A stretch of 64,000 nt of DNA from an uncultured Flammeovirgaceae bacterium (GTDB lineage Bacteria > Bacteroidota > Bacteroidia > Cytophagales > MED-G16): assembly GCA_913052485.1 (NCBI GenBank), contig CAJXDN010000003.1:4602-68601 (forward strand). Direction: 5' to 3'. This document shows positions 16,789 through 26,257 of the stretch, in pieces; positions within the stretch are counted from its first letter, which is position 1, and each line of letters opens with the position of its first letter. The notes beneath the pieces were generated by a model. It was not told the DNA's origin and made no database searches. It saw nothing but the letters and a program-made list of their open reading frames with translations. Made by a program: the position numbers and the translations under genes.

Positions 16789-18891
16789 CTATTTTGAAAT
16801 AATTTCTAGAGCAAAACCACCTCCAGGTGCTAGATAGATATCTATTTTATCATCGGAGGAAATTATTTTCTCTCTAATTTGATACTCCATTGGATTCTCT
16901 TTCCAGTGTGTATTTCGAGTGTCTAAATACATATTTACAGAATATTCCTTTCCTGAATCAAGAAAAGAAAAATCTATTTCTAACTCTCTCTCGTTTTCAT
17001 TTGTTATACCTCCCACATACCAATTTTCTGTATTTTTATCTTTCCTTGCAATTATGACATATTCTCTAAACTCACTATTTAATATTTTTCTTTCTGACCA
17101 GTCTACTGGAACATTTTTAATAAATTTGAAAGCATCCATATGCTTTGAGTAATGTTTTGGTAGATCTGCAGCCATCTGCATAGGGGAGTAGTATACTACA
17201 TAAAGACCAAGCTCCTTACTGATTGTTGAAGGAACAATAGCACCCTTATCAATATTTTTTGTTTCTGGAGAGTCATACCTGAAGTTATTTAACTGAAAAA
17301 CACCTGGTGTATAATCCATCGGGCCACTAAGCATTCTTGTAAAAGGTAAATCAGTAGCATGATTAACACCATTGGTCCAGAAGCCATTGAACTCTTGCCC
17401 TTTAGCCCCTTCCCTAGATATATAATTAGGATATTTTCTTCTCAGACCTGTATCCTTTATAGGTTCATGAGTTATAATATTTAATTTATATTTTGCAGCA
17501 AGTTCAATAACTTTCTGAAAGTGATTAACCATGTACTGTCCGTGATGCCACTCTCTAATTACATCCCCATTTTTATCAATTCTTTTTATATTCTTGCTGA
17601 CATCATTAACATACCCAGTTTTAATGTTTTTGATGCCATACTTATTATACAGCCTGAATGCATTTTCTAATTGATTTTCATAGTTTTGGATCTGACCACC
17701 TGTCTCATGGTGACCTACTAGGGATATATTCCTCTTGGATCCATACTCAGCTAACATCTCGATATCAAAGTCATCAACTGTCTCGGTAAAACTGAATGGA
17801 ATACCATCTCCAGAGCAGCACCATTGAGGGTACCAGCCTTTATTCCATCCCTCAACTAATAATCCCTCAAACCCATGTTCTGAAGCAAAATCCATATATT
17901 CTTTTACTTTATCATTGTTTGCACCATGATTTTTTGATGGCCACCACGTAGACTCATTAGTGCCAATCATCTCCCACCACACACCCATGTATTTTCCTGG
18001 TTTAACCCACGAGAAATCTTTGTCTTCGTCTGGATCATCATTTAAATTTAAAATTAAGTTTGAGTTTAATAGTTCAGATGATGAATTTGCAATCTGGATA
18101 GTTCTCCAGGGTGAGTTTATTCCGTCTTTTGATTTTACCTTGATTCCATCCGCCCAAGGATACAACTCAACTGCTAACTTACCTTGACCTCTTGGTGCTA
18201 AGGTCATACTTGAGAAGTCAATTAGGTTTGCTTCATGAATGCTAATGAATGATCCGTCACTCTTCTTAATAGTAAGTGGTGTGTGGGCTGCGTCAATACC
18301 TAGAGTATCATATGATATATCTTCAACATTTTTTGAGAAATAATCTTTAGAGATATCATCTACTGAAGAGAAAGCATGTAAGAACTCATATCTTCTATAG
18401 GAAAAAGCTGGAATCCATAATGCTGAGTCATTAGGTGATAAGTTGAATTCTGTTTTTTCGTCAATAATATCATAATTTGAAAAGTTTTTTTGTTCTGGAA
18501 CTACATACTTAAAAGCTATTCCATCATCATAGGCTCTAAATATGATATCAAATTCATTCTTCTGATTTGTAAGTGATATTTTAATCTCATTATAATAGTT
18601 ATTTATTTTTTCTTCTTCTCCATATATTGGGTACCAGTCCTCATTAAAAGATTTTTGGCTTGAACTATTTATTGTTAGGTTACTAGATAAATCTGTACCA
18701 TCTGAAAATAGAATACCCATTTCTGACTCATTTATGATTACTGAATTATTTTTTTTAACCGAGTAGCTAGCAACTCCATTATCAATTCCAAAATTGATAT
18801 TAATTTTCCCGTCGGGTGATGATAATTTTTTATTATTACTGTTACATGAAATAACAATTATTGCTAGAATTATTGCTAATATTTTTTTCAT
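16789..18891 (-). CDS. glycoside hydrolase family 97 (SusB-like alpha-glucosidase)
   Basis: 700-aa lipoprotein (VISC). The blocks LVGHHETGG, IKTGYV, THEPIKDTGLRRKYPN and SREGAKGQEF are typical of GH97. Confidence 0.8.
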   Translation of the reverse strand: MKKILAIILAIIVISCNSNNKKLSSPDGKININFGIDNGVASYSVKKNNSVIINESEMGILFSDGTDLSSNLTINSSSQKSFNEDWYPIYGEEEKINNYYNEIKISLTNQKNEFDIIFRAYDDGIAFKYVVPEQKNFSNYDIIDEKTEFNLSPNDSALWIPAFSYRRYEFLHAFSSVDDISKDYFSKNVEDISYDTLGIDAAHTPLTIKKSDGSFISIHEANLIDFSSMTLAPRGQGKLAVELYPWADGIKVKSKDGINSPWRTIQIANSSSELLNSNLILNLNDDPDEDKDFSWVKPGKYMGVWWEMIGTNESTWWPSKNHGANNDKVKEYMDFASEHGFEGLLVEGWNKGWYPQWCCSGDGIPFSFTETVDDFDIEMLAEYGSKRNISLVGHHETGGQIQNYENQLENAFRLYNKYGIKNIKTGYVNDVSKNIKRIDKNGDVIREWHHGQYMVNHFQKVIELAAKYKLNIITHEPIKDTGLRRKYPNYISREGAKGQEFNGFWTNGVNHATDLPFTRMLSGPMDYTPGVFQLNNFRYDSPETKNIDKGAIVPSTISKELGLYVVYYSPMQMAADLPKHYSKHMDAFKFIKNVPVDWSERKILNSEFREYVIIARKDKNTENWYVGGITNENERELEIDFSFLDSGKEYSVNMYLDTRNTHWKENPMEYQIREKIISSDDKIDIYLAPGGGFALEIISK

Positions 18892-18950
18892 AATAGTTTG
18901 GTTTTAGTAAAGATAAGTAAGACTTTTATTTAAAAAGAAAACTTAGAGCA

Positions 18951-19451
18951 TTGAAAATTAAATGTATCATATTTTTTTTAACTTTTTTTGTCTACGTTGA
19001 TAGTATATACTCTCAAAAATATTTAGAGCTTAGAAAGGCTTCAAAACTGAAAAGTTATACTTTCTTTCCAGGTGAAAATATAAGGTTTAAATTATTTAGT
19101 GATGACACATTTAGCAGTGGTACCATAACAGGGATAGGGGATTCAACTTTAAATTTTAATAATATTAAGGTACTTGTTTCAAGAATTGAAGTTATTGATA
19201 TAAGAAATAAAACCTCAAACAGAAATAAAGCATTTGGCCTACTAATTTCCGGTGGATCAATGGCATACTTTGCACTTGACTTTATCAATTTATCACTAGT
19301 ACAAAAAGGAAATTATAAGGATGTTTTCAATAGAAAGACATTAATTAATTCCCTAATTGGAGTTGGAGTTGGAGCTTCTTTGAAGTTCTTTGTAAAAAGA
19401 AAATATTTTAAAAGAAATAAATTAAATAGGATATGGATACAAGATATTTAA
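18951..19451 (+). CDS. hypothetical secreted/membrane protein (TTG start)
   Basis: ORF with a signal peptide and a C-terminal hydrophobic segment. Confidence 0.4.
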   Translation: MKIKCIIFFLTFFVYVDSIYSQKYLELRKASKLKSYTFFPGENIRFKLFSDDTFSSGTITGIGDSTLNFNNIKVLVSRIEVIDIRNKTSNRNKAFGLLISGGSMAYFALDFINLSLVQKGNYKDVFNRKTLINSLIGVGVGASLKFFVKRKYFKRNKLNRIWIQDI

Positions 19452-19729
19452 TAATAATTATTCATTTATTTTTTTACTCTTGTAATGAAATATCATGTAG
19501 ATTCAATAATCTACCAGATCCCCCATATCCAAATCCTGATAGAGTTGAAGAATTTAAAACATCTTCAATTAATCAGGTCACCTATATCTATGAGTGCTTA
19601 GATAATGAAAAATATCCAAAACAATTTGTTGCAATTACGTATACTATTCAAAGATCAATTATTGATCCAGATGATAAAGGCGTAGACTGCTGGGATGAGT
19701 CTGTATATGTAAATTTAGGAAATTGTTAA
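19433..19729 (+). CDS. hypothetical small Cys-containing lipoprotein
   Basis: Lipobox-like LFFYSC and five Cys in 98 aa, including the terminal residue. Overlaps the upstream ORF by 19 nt. Confidence 0.4.
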   Translation: MDTRYLIIIIHLFFYSCNEISCRFNNLPDPPYPNPDRVEEFKTSSINQVTYIYECLDNEKYPKQFVAITYTIQRSIIDPDDKGVDCWDESVYVNLGNC

Positions 19730-20595
19730 AATTTAGGTACACGGTTATATTACTTATTTTGTCATTAACTTTTATTCTAAGTTATTTGACTCCAAACTAC
19801 TTACAGGAAGCTACTTTAGAGGTATCAGATATATCATTAGTTTATTATTTATGGGCATGGATTTTTGCTATCCAAATTATTGTATTTATCCCATCATTTA
19901 TATTTAGGACAGAACATTATTATGATTTAACAGGTGGGATTACCTATATATCCACTGTAGTAATAGCACTCATATTAAAGAGTAGTTATCAGACGATAGA
20001 TTTAATTTCATTACTCCTTGGTTCTATGGTAATAATATGGGCTACTAGATTAAGTTCATTTTTATTTTTAAGAGTTAAAAAATCTGGTGAAGACGTTAGA
20101 TTTATAAAAATTAAACATTCTTTTTCATGGTTCTTGATGACGTTTATGTTACAGGGGATGTGGGTATTTATGTGTATCTTCCCAGCTCTCATAGTAATTT
20201 CATCATTTAACTCTGAGATAAATAATTATGCAATAGTAGGATCAGCTATTTGGTTATTTGGGTTTCTATTTGAGATTATTGCAGATAACCAAAAATCTAA
20301 CTTTAATAAGCTAAATAAAGGAAAATTTATTTCTACTGGTTTGTGGTCAATTACGAGACATCCAAATTATTTTGGTGAATTTGTATTGTGGTTGGGGATA
20401 ACTATTGCCTCACTAGGATTTATAGATCACTATAAATACATAGTACTGCTAACTCCTATTTTTGTTTATATGTTATTAACAAGAGTAAGTGGTGTAAATC
20501 TACTAGAAGAAATTGGTGAAAAAAGATGGGGAGACGACAAAGATTATCAGTCCTATAAAAAACAAACTCCAAAGTTTTTTCCAAAGCTATTTTAG
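19723..20595 (+). CDS. DUF1295 (steroid 5-alpha-reductase-like) membrane protein
   Basis: ITRHPNYFGEFVLWLG motif and multiple TM segments. TTG start as tracked. Confidence 0.7.
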   Translation: MLKFRYTVILLILSLTFILSYLTPNYLQEATLEVSDISLVYYLWAWIFAIQIIVFIPSFIFRTEHYYDLTGGITYISTVVIALILKSSYQTIDLISLLLGSMVIIWATRLSSFLFLRVKKSGEDVRFIKIKHSFSWFLMTFMLQGMWVFMCIFPALIVISSFNSEINNYAIVGSAIWLFGFLFEIIADNQKSNFNKLNKGKFISTGLWSITRHPNYFGEFVLWLGITIASLGFIDHYKYIVLLTPIFVYMLLTRVSGVNLLEEIGEKRWGDDKDYQSYKKQTPKFFPKLF

Positions 20596-20960
20596 ATTTT
20601 GGTCTTGATTAGAATTACACCGTCCCTGCCATCCGCACCGTATATACTAAGTTGAGATGCACTCTTCAATAGTTTAATTTTTTCTATATTATTTGGTTCA
20701 ACCACCTGGTAAGCAGATGAATAGTTCCCAACTCTTATACCATTTACATAAAATAAGACTTCTTTATAGTACATCACACTAGTTTGTCCTCTTAAGTATA
20801 CTTGTGCGTTTCTTTCGTCAACTCCACTAATTCTTAACCCTGGTAATGATCTCAACCTATCAAGCAAGCTTAAGTTAGAATCAGCTCTGTACGAATTAGA
20901 TGTATTATTAATTTGACAAGAAGACAAAATAAAGAGTATTAACACAAAAGTTTTTTTCAT
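20592..20960 (-). CDS. small lipoprotein consisting of a TonB-dependent-receptor plug-like domain only
   Basis: Lipobox LSSC. LLDRLRSLPGLRISG...VYLRGQTS...VNGIRVG...IEKIKLLKSASQLSIYGADGRDGVILIKTK matches the N-terminal half of the TBDR plug. No barrel. Confidence 0.6.
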   Translation of the reverse strand: MKKTFVLILFILSSCQINNTSNSYRADSNLSLLDRLRSLPGLRISGVDERNAQVYLRGQTSVMYYKEVLFYVNGIRVGNYSSAYQVVEPNNIEKIKLLKSASQLSIYGADGRDGVILIKTKI

Positions 20961-20972
20961 GTAATAATTTAT

Positions 20973-21362
20973 TTAATGAGTTTTAATTAATATGACACCT
21001 CCAGAACCATTAAAACCATATGAAGCGATATCACTCGCGTTCCTAAGTATAGTTATGTTTTTAATATCTGATGGACTCAAAATTTTTGATATTTGAGAAT
21101 AATTACCGACCTTAACACCATTCAATACAAATAAAAATTCTTTTTGATTATTGATGCTGTTTACACCTCTTGTATAAACTCTTGCATTTTCTTCAGTTCC
21201 CTCAACATATACTCCAGGATGAGTTCTTATCCTGTTTAATAAACTTATATTTCCCATATTATTTACTTCTATCTCATTTGGATTAAAAGATTTAGAGTCT
21301 TTCTTGTAAACACTACAACAACAAATAGAAAATGTTATAAGAATATAAATTACAATCCTCAT
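20973..21362 (-). CDS. small lipoprotein consisting of a TonB-dependent-receptor plug-like domain only (paralog of 20592-20960)
   Basis: LLNRIRTHPGVYVEG...VYTRGVNSINNQKEFLFVLNGVKVG...IKNITILRNASDIASYGFNGSGGVILIKTH. Overlaps the YfhO stop by 4 nt. Confidence 0.6.
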   Translation of the reverse strand: MRIVIYILITFSICCCSVYKKDSKSFNPNEIEVNNMGNISLLNRIRTHPGVYVEGTEENARVYTRGVNSINNQKEFLFVLNGVKVGNYSQISKILSPSDIKNITILRNASDIASYGFNGSGGVILIKTH

Positions 21363-23803
21363 TTTTTAAATTTTGTTCTTACTTCTAAAAATAATATTGA
21401 AATAGATAAAAGTAATAGAATAATATTAGATGCAATTACTACCTTATTTCCAATGCTATATGGTGATGGGTTGAATCTCATTTCAATTATATTTTCTCCT
21501 TTTTTCAACTCAAGTCCTCTTAGAACATAGTTTACTCTCATCAAATCAATTTTTTCACCATTAACCTTTACTTCCCACCCGTAGGGATAATAAATTTCTG
21601 AAAACACAATAAATGATTTAGAGGGGTTTGAGACATTATAAATAATTTTATTTGGGTTATGTTCAATAACATTTATGCTTCCTTCTTGCGAGTATAATTC
21701 ATCTATATTATTAATTTTAAATTTGTTTACATCAATTATAGCCTCATTTTTTGAATTAAATTTAAATAAAGTGTTAAGTTCATCGATTGCAGAGGTTACA
21801 GGAATTAAATTTTTAATGAACCAGGCCTTCCCATTTGAGTAGTCGTTTTTAATTACATTATTTCTTTCATCTCCAAACTTAAAATACCCTACATTAAGCA
21901 TATTTAGTACATTTAGATCATTAAAGTTTCTCTCATTATTTCTAAGTTTATCAACTAGCATACTCCTCTCCTCATTTATATTCCTTTCTATTATTTCTTG
22001 GTATCTTCTTATTTTAGCTCCATGATACCCACCAATTGAGGAATGATAATAAGAAGTTTTAGCTTCATTAAATGAATTCTGGAGATTAAAAACTCTTTTC
22101 CTATCTGTATTATTTTCAAGAATAAACTGATCAGATTCGCTTATAACTAACTCACCATCTTTCTTTGATATAAATGTACAGTCGTTATATAGCTCACAGC
22201 TTTTATCGGTTCTTAAAATTTTATTATTAATTCTAAAATGATCTATGATAATTAGTATAGTTAGGGATATAGTAATTATTTGAACACTAATTTTTTTATA
22301 GTAAAAAGTGATTAATAAAATAAAAAATATAAAAGTCATGACAGAACCATATATGAGATCAGATATATATAATTGTTTTCTGTCTTGTATCAAAGCATCA
22401 AGAAACCAGCTAGGAAAATTTTGAAAATTTGAGTCAACAGATCCAGTAAATCCTAGTATAAATGTTAAAAGAAAAAGTACTGTATATATGGATACTGTTA
22501 TGTAAAATGCCTTGAAAAAACTTTTTTTATGTTCATCTATATTTTGGAGTAATTTCTCTATAGTAAGAGAGGATAAAAGAATAACAGAAAAAATTGATAT
22601 CAATATTATGAAGGTGACAGATCTAAATTTATTATATCCTGGCAGATAATCAAAAATAATATTGTTAACGAACCCTAAATTACTTCCCATACTTAATATG
22701 AGACTAAATAAAAGAAGATATAACACCCAGTTTTTTTCAGATTTCTTTAAAATTATTATACCAAGAATTAGAAGGAAAAGACACAAAGATCCAGCAAAAT
22801 AGGGTGCAGTTAAGGGTTGGGTTCCCCAGTATGTTGGAACATTTCTCAACTGATTGTTAATTTGTGCAGAATTTACGTTATTCTTTCTTAAAGCTTTGCC
22901 AAGGTATGAATCTCTCTCAAGAGTTTGTCTACTTGATCCCCCAAGTATATGAGGTATAAAAAGTGTCAAAGGCTCAAAAAAACTATTACTGTACTGAAAC
23001 GCATAATCTTTATCTAGACCTGATTCATTTATTTTAATTTCTGATTTCCCTCTGATAGATACATCAGAATACTCTAAAATTGCCCAAATCTCTCCAAAAA
23101 ATGTGCCAACAGCTATAAGGGCTGCTACTGATAAAATTCCTATCCTTTTAAAAAAATACTGTAATTTATTTTTGGAGTAAAATAAAATCAATTGGCCGCC
23201 ACCATAGAAAATTAATATTAATAAAGTATAATATGTAATCTGTAAGTGGTTTAACCTCAGTTGTAAAGCCAACGCAATGGCTGTTATAATAAAACCTAAA
23301 TTCCTATTCCTGTGGATACACAAATGAACTCCACCAAGGATTAACGGCATTAAAGCTGCTGTACCTATCCTAGCATTATGACCTGCTGATATACCGACAA
23401 CCATGTATGAAGATAATGTAAAAGCTACCGATCCAAATAACGCAATCTCAGGCCTAACTCTAAAACATATAAGCATTATGTAAAAAGATATAAATGAAAT
23501 AATAAAATTACTTACTGGGTGAGGGAAGAATAAACTGTAAATTTTATGTATGTATAAAATAATTTGATTACTCCATTTGACGTCGATTAAATATGCCGGC
23601 ATCCCCGAGAACATTGAATTTGACCACAGTGCCTCCTCATTACTATTTTTTCTAAATTCAATTGTTTCATTTGCCGAATATTTCCACTGCTCTATATCAT
23701 GTTGCTTAATATTTTTATTTTCAAAAAAAATTGGATGAAATAGGGTTATTGTTAGAAAAATAAATACTATCAGTGAAAGAATATGTTTGTATAAAATACT
23801 CAT
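21359..23803 (-). CDS. YfhO family polytopic membrane protein (GT-C-like)
   Basis: 814 aa, many TM segments plus a C-terminal extracytoplasmic domain and a final TM. The N-terminus is typical of flavobacterial YfhO homologs. Confidence 0.65.
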   Translation of the reverse strand: MSILYKHILSLIVFIFLTITLFHPIFFENKNIKQHDIEQWKYSANETIEFRKNSNEEALWSNSMFSGMPAYLIDVKWSNQIILYIHKIYSLFFPHPVSNFIISFISFYIMLICFRVRPEIALFGSVAFTLSSYMVVGISAGHNARIGTAALMPLILGGVHLCIHRNRNLGFIITAIALALQLRLNHLQITYYTLLILIFYGGGQLILFYSKNKLQYFFKRIGILSVAALIAVGTFFGEIWAILEYSDVSIRGKSEIKINESGLDKDYAFQYSNSFFEPLTLFIPHILGGSSRQTLERDSYLGKALRKNNVNSAQINNQLRNVPTYWGTQPLTAPYFAGSLCLFLLILGIIILKKSEKNWVLYLLLFSLILSMGSNLGFVNNIIFDYLPGYNKFRSVTFIILISIFSVILLSSLTIEKLLQNIDEHKKSFFKAFYITVSIYTVLFLLTFILGFTGSVDSNFQNFPSWFLDALIQDRKQLYISDLIYGSVMTFIFFILLITFYYKKISVQIITISLTILIIIDHFRINNKILRTDKSCELYNDCTFISKKDGELVISESDQFILENNTDRKRVFNLQNSFNEAKTSYYHSSIGGYHGAKIRRYQEIIERNINEERSMLVDKLRNNERNFNDLNVLNMLNVGYFKFGDERNNVIKNDYSNGKAWFIKNLIPVTSAIDELNTLFKFNSKNEAIIDVNKFKINNIDELYSQEGSINVIEHNPNKIIYNVSNPSKSFIVFSEIYYPYGWEVKVNGEKIDLMRVNYVLRGLELKKGENIIEMRFNPSPYSIGNKVVIASNIILLLLSISILFLEVRTKFKK

Positions 23804-23872
23804 GTATTTAAATGATTGACGAAATATAAATAGTATTCATTAAATAAATGAATCATTATCTTCTTTAATTGT

Positions 23873-23880
23873 TATTTTTG
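23873..23880 (+). promoter_or_regulatory. -7 promoter motif (TATTTTTG) immediately upstream of ffh
   Basis: Matches TAnnTTTG and ends 6 nt before the ffh ATG, implying a leaderless or very short-leader mRNA. Confidence 0.3.
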
Positions 23881-23886
23881 TTAGAT

Positions 23887-25215
23887 ATGTTTGAAAATCT
23901 TAGTAACAAATTAGATAGGGCCTTTAAAGTTCTAAAAGGGCAGGGTAGAATTACAGAGATTAATGTAGCATCTACTATCAAGGAAATAAGAAGAGCACTC
24001 ATCGATGCTGACGTCAGCTATAAAGTAGCAAAGGAAATTACATCCAAAATAAAAGATGAGGCAATGGGGCAAAATGTTTTAATTTCTGTCTCACCTGGTC
24101 AGTTACTTACTAAAATAGTTGCAGATGAATTGACTGAGTTAATGGGCGGCGAGTCTGCAGAAATATCATTAGATGGAAATCCTAATATTATACTACTTTC
24201 TGGGCTACAGGGATCTGGTAAAACTACATTTACCGGAAAATTAGGAAGATATCTCACCAAAAAAGGTAAAAAAACTCTATTAGTAGCTTGTGATGTATAT
24301 AGACCTGCAGCAATTGAGCAGTTACATGTTATCGGTGAAGATCTTAAAATAGAGGTCTTCTCGGATAAGAAATCTAAGTCACCATTAAATATTGCAAAAA
24401 AAGCTATTAAACATGCGAAGTCTAAAGGATTTAAATCTGTAATTATTGATACTGCTGGAAGGTTAGCAATTGATGAGAAAATGATGGATGAGATTAAAAG
24501 TTTAAAAAATACATTAAAACCACACGAAACTCTCTTTGTCGTTGACTCCATGATTGGTCAAGATGCCGTTTTGACTGCAAAAACTTTTAACGATGCAATC
24601 GATTATGATGGTGTTGTCTTAACAAAATTAGATGGTGATTCTAGAGGCGGTTCCGCCCTCTCAATTAGAAAAGTTGTCGATAAACCTATAAAATTTATAA
24701 GTACAGGTGAGAAAATGGACGCCCTTGATGTATTTCATCCGGATAGGATGGCCAAGAGGATACTAGGGATGGGTGACGTAATAAGCTTAGTAGAGAGAGC
24801 ACAACAAAATTTTGATGAAGATGAGGCTAGGAAGCTCCAGAAAAAAATGTTTCAAAATACATTTGGATTAGATGATTTTCTTAGTCAAATACAAAAGATA
24901 AAAAAAATGGGGAATCTTAAAGATCTTATAGGTATGATGCCTGGTGTTTCATCAAAAGTTAAAGATTTAGACGTTGATGATGAGTCTTTTAAACCAATTG
25001 AGTCAATAATTTATTCTATGACTCCAAAAGAAAGAAAGAATCCTGATATTTTAAATGGTTCCAGAAAGAAAAGAATTGCTTCAGGTAGTGGTACTACCGT
25101 ACAAGAAATAAATCAGCTCATTAAACAATTTGATCAGATGAAAAAAATGATGAAAATCATGAAGAAGTCTGGTCCCTCTGGGATGATGTCTGCGCTAGGA
25201 TTAAAAGATAAATAA
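23887..25215 (+). CDS. ffh: signal recognition particle protein Ffh
   Basis: MFENLSNKLDRAF start, GLQGSGKTT P-loop, DTAGR, TKLDGDSRGG, Met-rich M domain. Start moved from the track's TTG at 23869 to the ATG at 23887. Confidence 0.95.
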   Translation: MFENLSNKLDRAFKVLKGQGRITEINVASTIKEIRRALIDADVSYKVAKEITSKIKDEAMGQNVLISVSPGQLLTKIVADELTELMGGESAEISLDGNPNIILLSGLQGSGKTTFTGKLGRYLTKKGKKTLLVACDVYRPAAIEQLHVIGEDLKIEVFSDKKSKSPLNIAKKAIKHAKSKGFKSVIIDTAGRLAIDEKMMDEIKSLKNTLKPHETLFVVDSMIGQDAVLTAKTFNDAIDYDGVVLTKLDGDSRGGSALSIRKVVDKPIKFISTGEKMDALDVFHPDRMAKRILGMGDVISLVERAQQNFDEDEARKLQKKMFQNTFGLDDFLSQIQKIKKMGNLKDLIGMMPGVSSKVKDLDVDDESFKPIESIIYSMTPKERKNPDILNGSRKKRIASGSGTTVQEINQLIKQFDQMKKMMKIMKKSGPSGMMSALGLKDK

Positions 25216-25216
25216 T

Positions 25217-26194
25217 CTATCTGTACATAACCCCCTTAACAGCTTTCATAGCTTTGTCAACGTTGGGTGTAATTTCTTTTATTAGGGTAGGGGCATAGTG
25301 AAATGGAACATCCTCACAGGTAATTCTATGGACTGGGGCATCTAAGAAATCAAAAGCAAACCTCTGAATATGATGGCTTATCTCAGATGAAATAGATGCA
25401 AGAGGCCAAGCTTCCTCAATGATAACGAGTCTATTAGTTTTTTTAACGGAGTTTACAATACTCTCAAAATCAATGGGTCTCACAGTTCTTAGGTCAATTA
25501 ACTCAACACTTATATCTTCGTTTTTTGCGGCATTATATGTCTCCTCTGCAACTTTCATCATTTTCCCAAATGATACTAGTGTGACATCATTACCTTCATG
25601 AATTACTTTTGACTTACCAATTGGGATTAGATATTCTTCCTCTGGGACGACTCCTTTATCTCCATACATTAATTCTGATTCCATAAAAATTACCGGATCA
25701 TCATCTCTTATCGAAGTTTTTAGCAAGCCTTTTGCATCATATGGATTAGAGGGTACAACAACCTTAAGTCCAGGTGTATTTGCAAACCAATTTTCAAAGT
25801 TTTGAGAGTGCTGAGCTCCAAGTTGTCCTGCATTTCCAGTGGGCCCTCTGAAGACAATAGGAATATTAAATTGTCCCCCAGACATCTGATACATCTTAGC
25901 TGCACCGTTTATTATTTGATCGATAGCGACAAGAGAAAAGTTAAATGTCATGAACTCTACAATAGGCCTCAGCCCATTCATCGCTGATCCTACACCTATA
26001 CCACTGAAACCAGTTTCAGCTATTGGCGTATCAATAACTCTCTCAGGTCCAAATTCATCAAGCATTCCTAAACTCACTTTATAGGCACCATTATATTCGG
26101 CAACCTCTTCACCTATTAGGTAGACATTTTTATCCATTCTCATTTCTTCTACCATTGCTTCCCTTAGGGCCTCTCTAAATTGAATTTCTCTCAT
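25217..26194 (-). CDS. pdhB: pyruvate/2-oxoacid dehydrogenase E1 component beta subunit
   Basis: The transketolase-like pyrimidine-binding domain and C-terminal domain pattern (VIDTPIAETGFSGIGVGSAMNGLRPIVEFMTFNF). Confidence 0.9.
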   Translation of the reverse strand: MREIQFREALREAMVEEMRMDKNVYLIGEEVAEYNGAYKVSLGMLDEFGPERVIDTPIAETGFSGIGVGSAMNGLRPIVEFMTFNFSLVAIDQIINGAAKMYQMSGGQFNIPIVFRGPTGNAGQLGAQHSQNFENWFANTPGLKVVVPSNPYDAKGLLKTSIRDDDPVIFMESELMYGDKGVVPEEEYLIPIGKSKVIHEGNDVTLVSFGKMMKVAEETYNAAKNEDISVELIDLRTVRPIDFESIVNSVKKTNRLVIIEEAWPLASISSEISHHIQRFAFDFLDAPVHRITCEDVPFHYAPTLIKEITPNVDKAMKAVKGVMYR

Positions 26195-26210
26195 TTCAGC
26201 AAAAATAAAA

Positions 26211-26234
26211 AAAGGCCTCTACAATGAGACCTTT
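26211..26234 (-). terminator. candidate hairpin terminator after the 606-aa lipoprotein gene
   Basis: On the minus strand, AAAGGTCTC-ATTGT-AGAGGCCTTT is followed by a T run. One G-U pair in the stem. Confidence 0.4.
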
Positions 26235-26257
26235 TCTTAAAAAAAAATTTATATATT

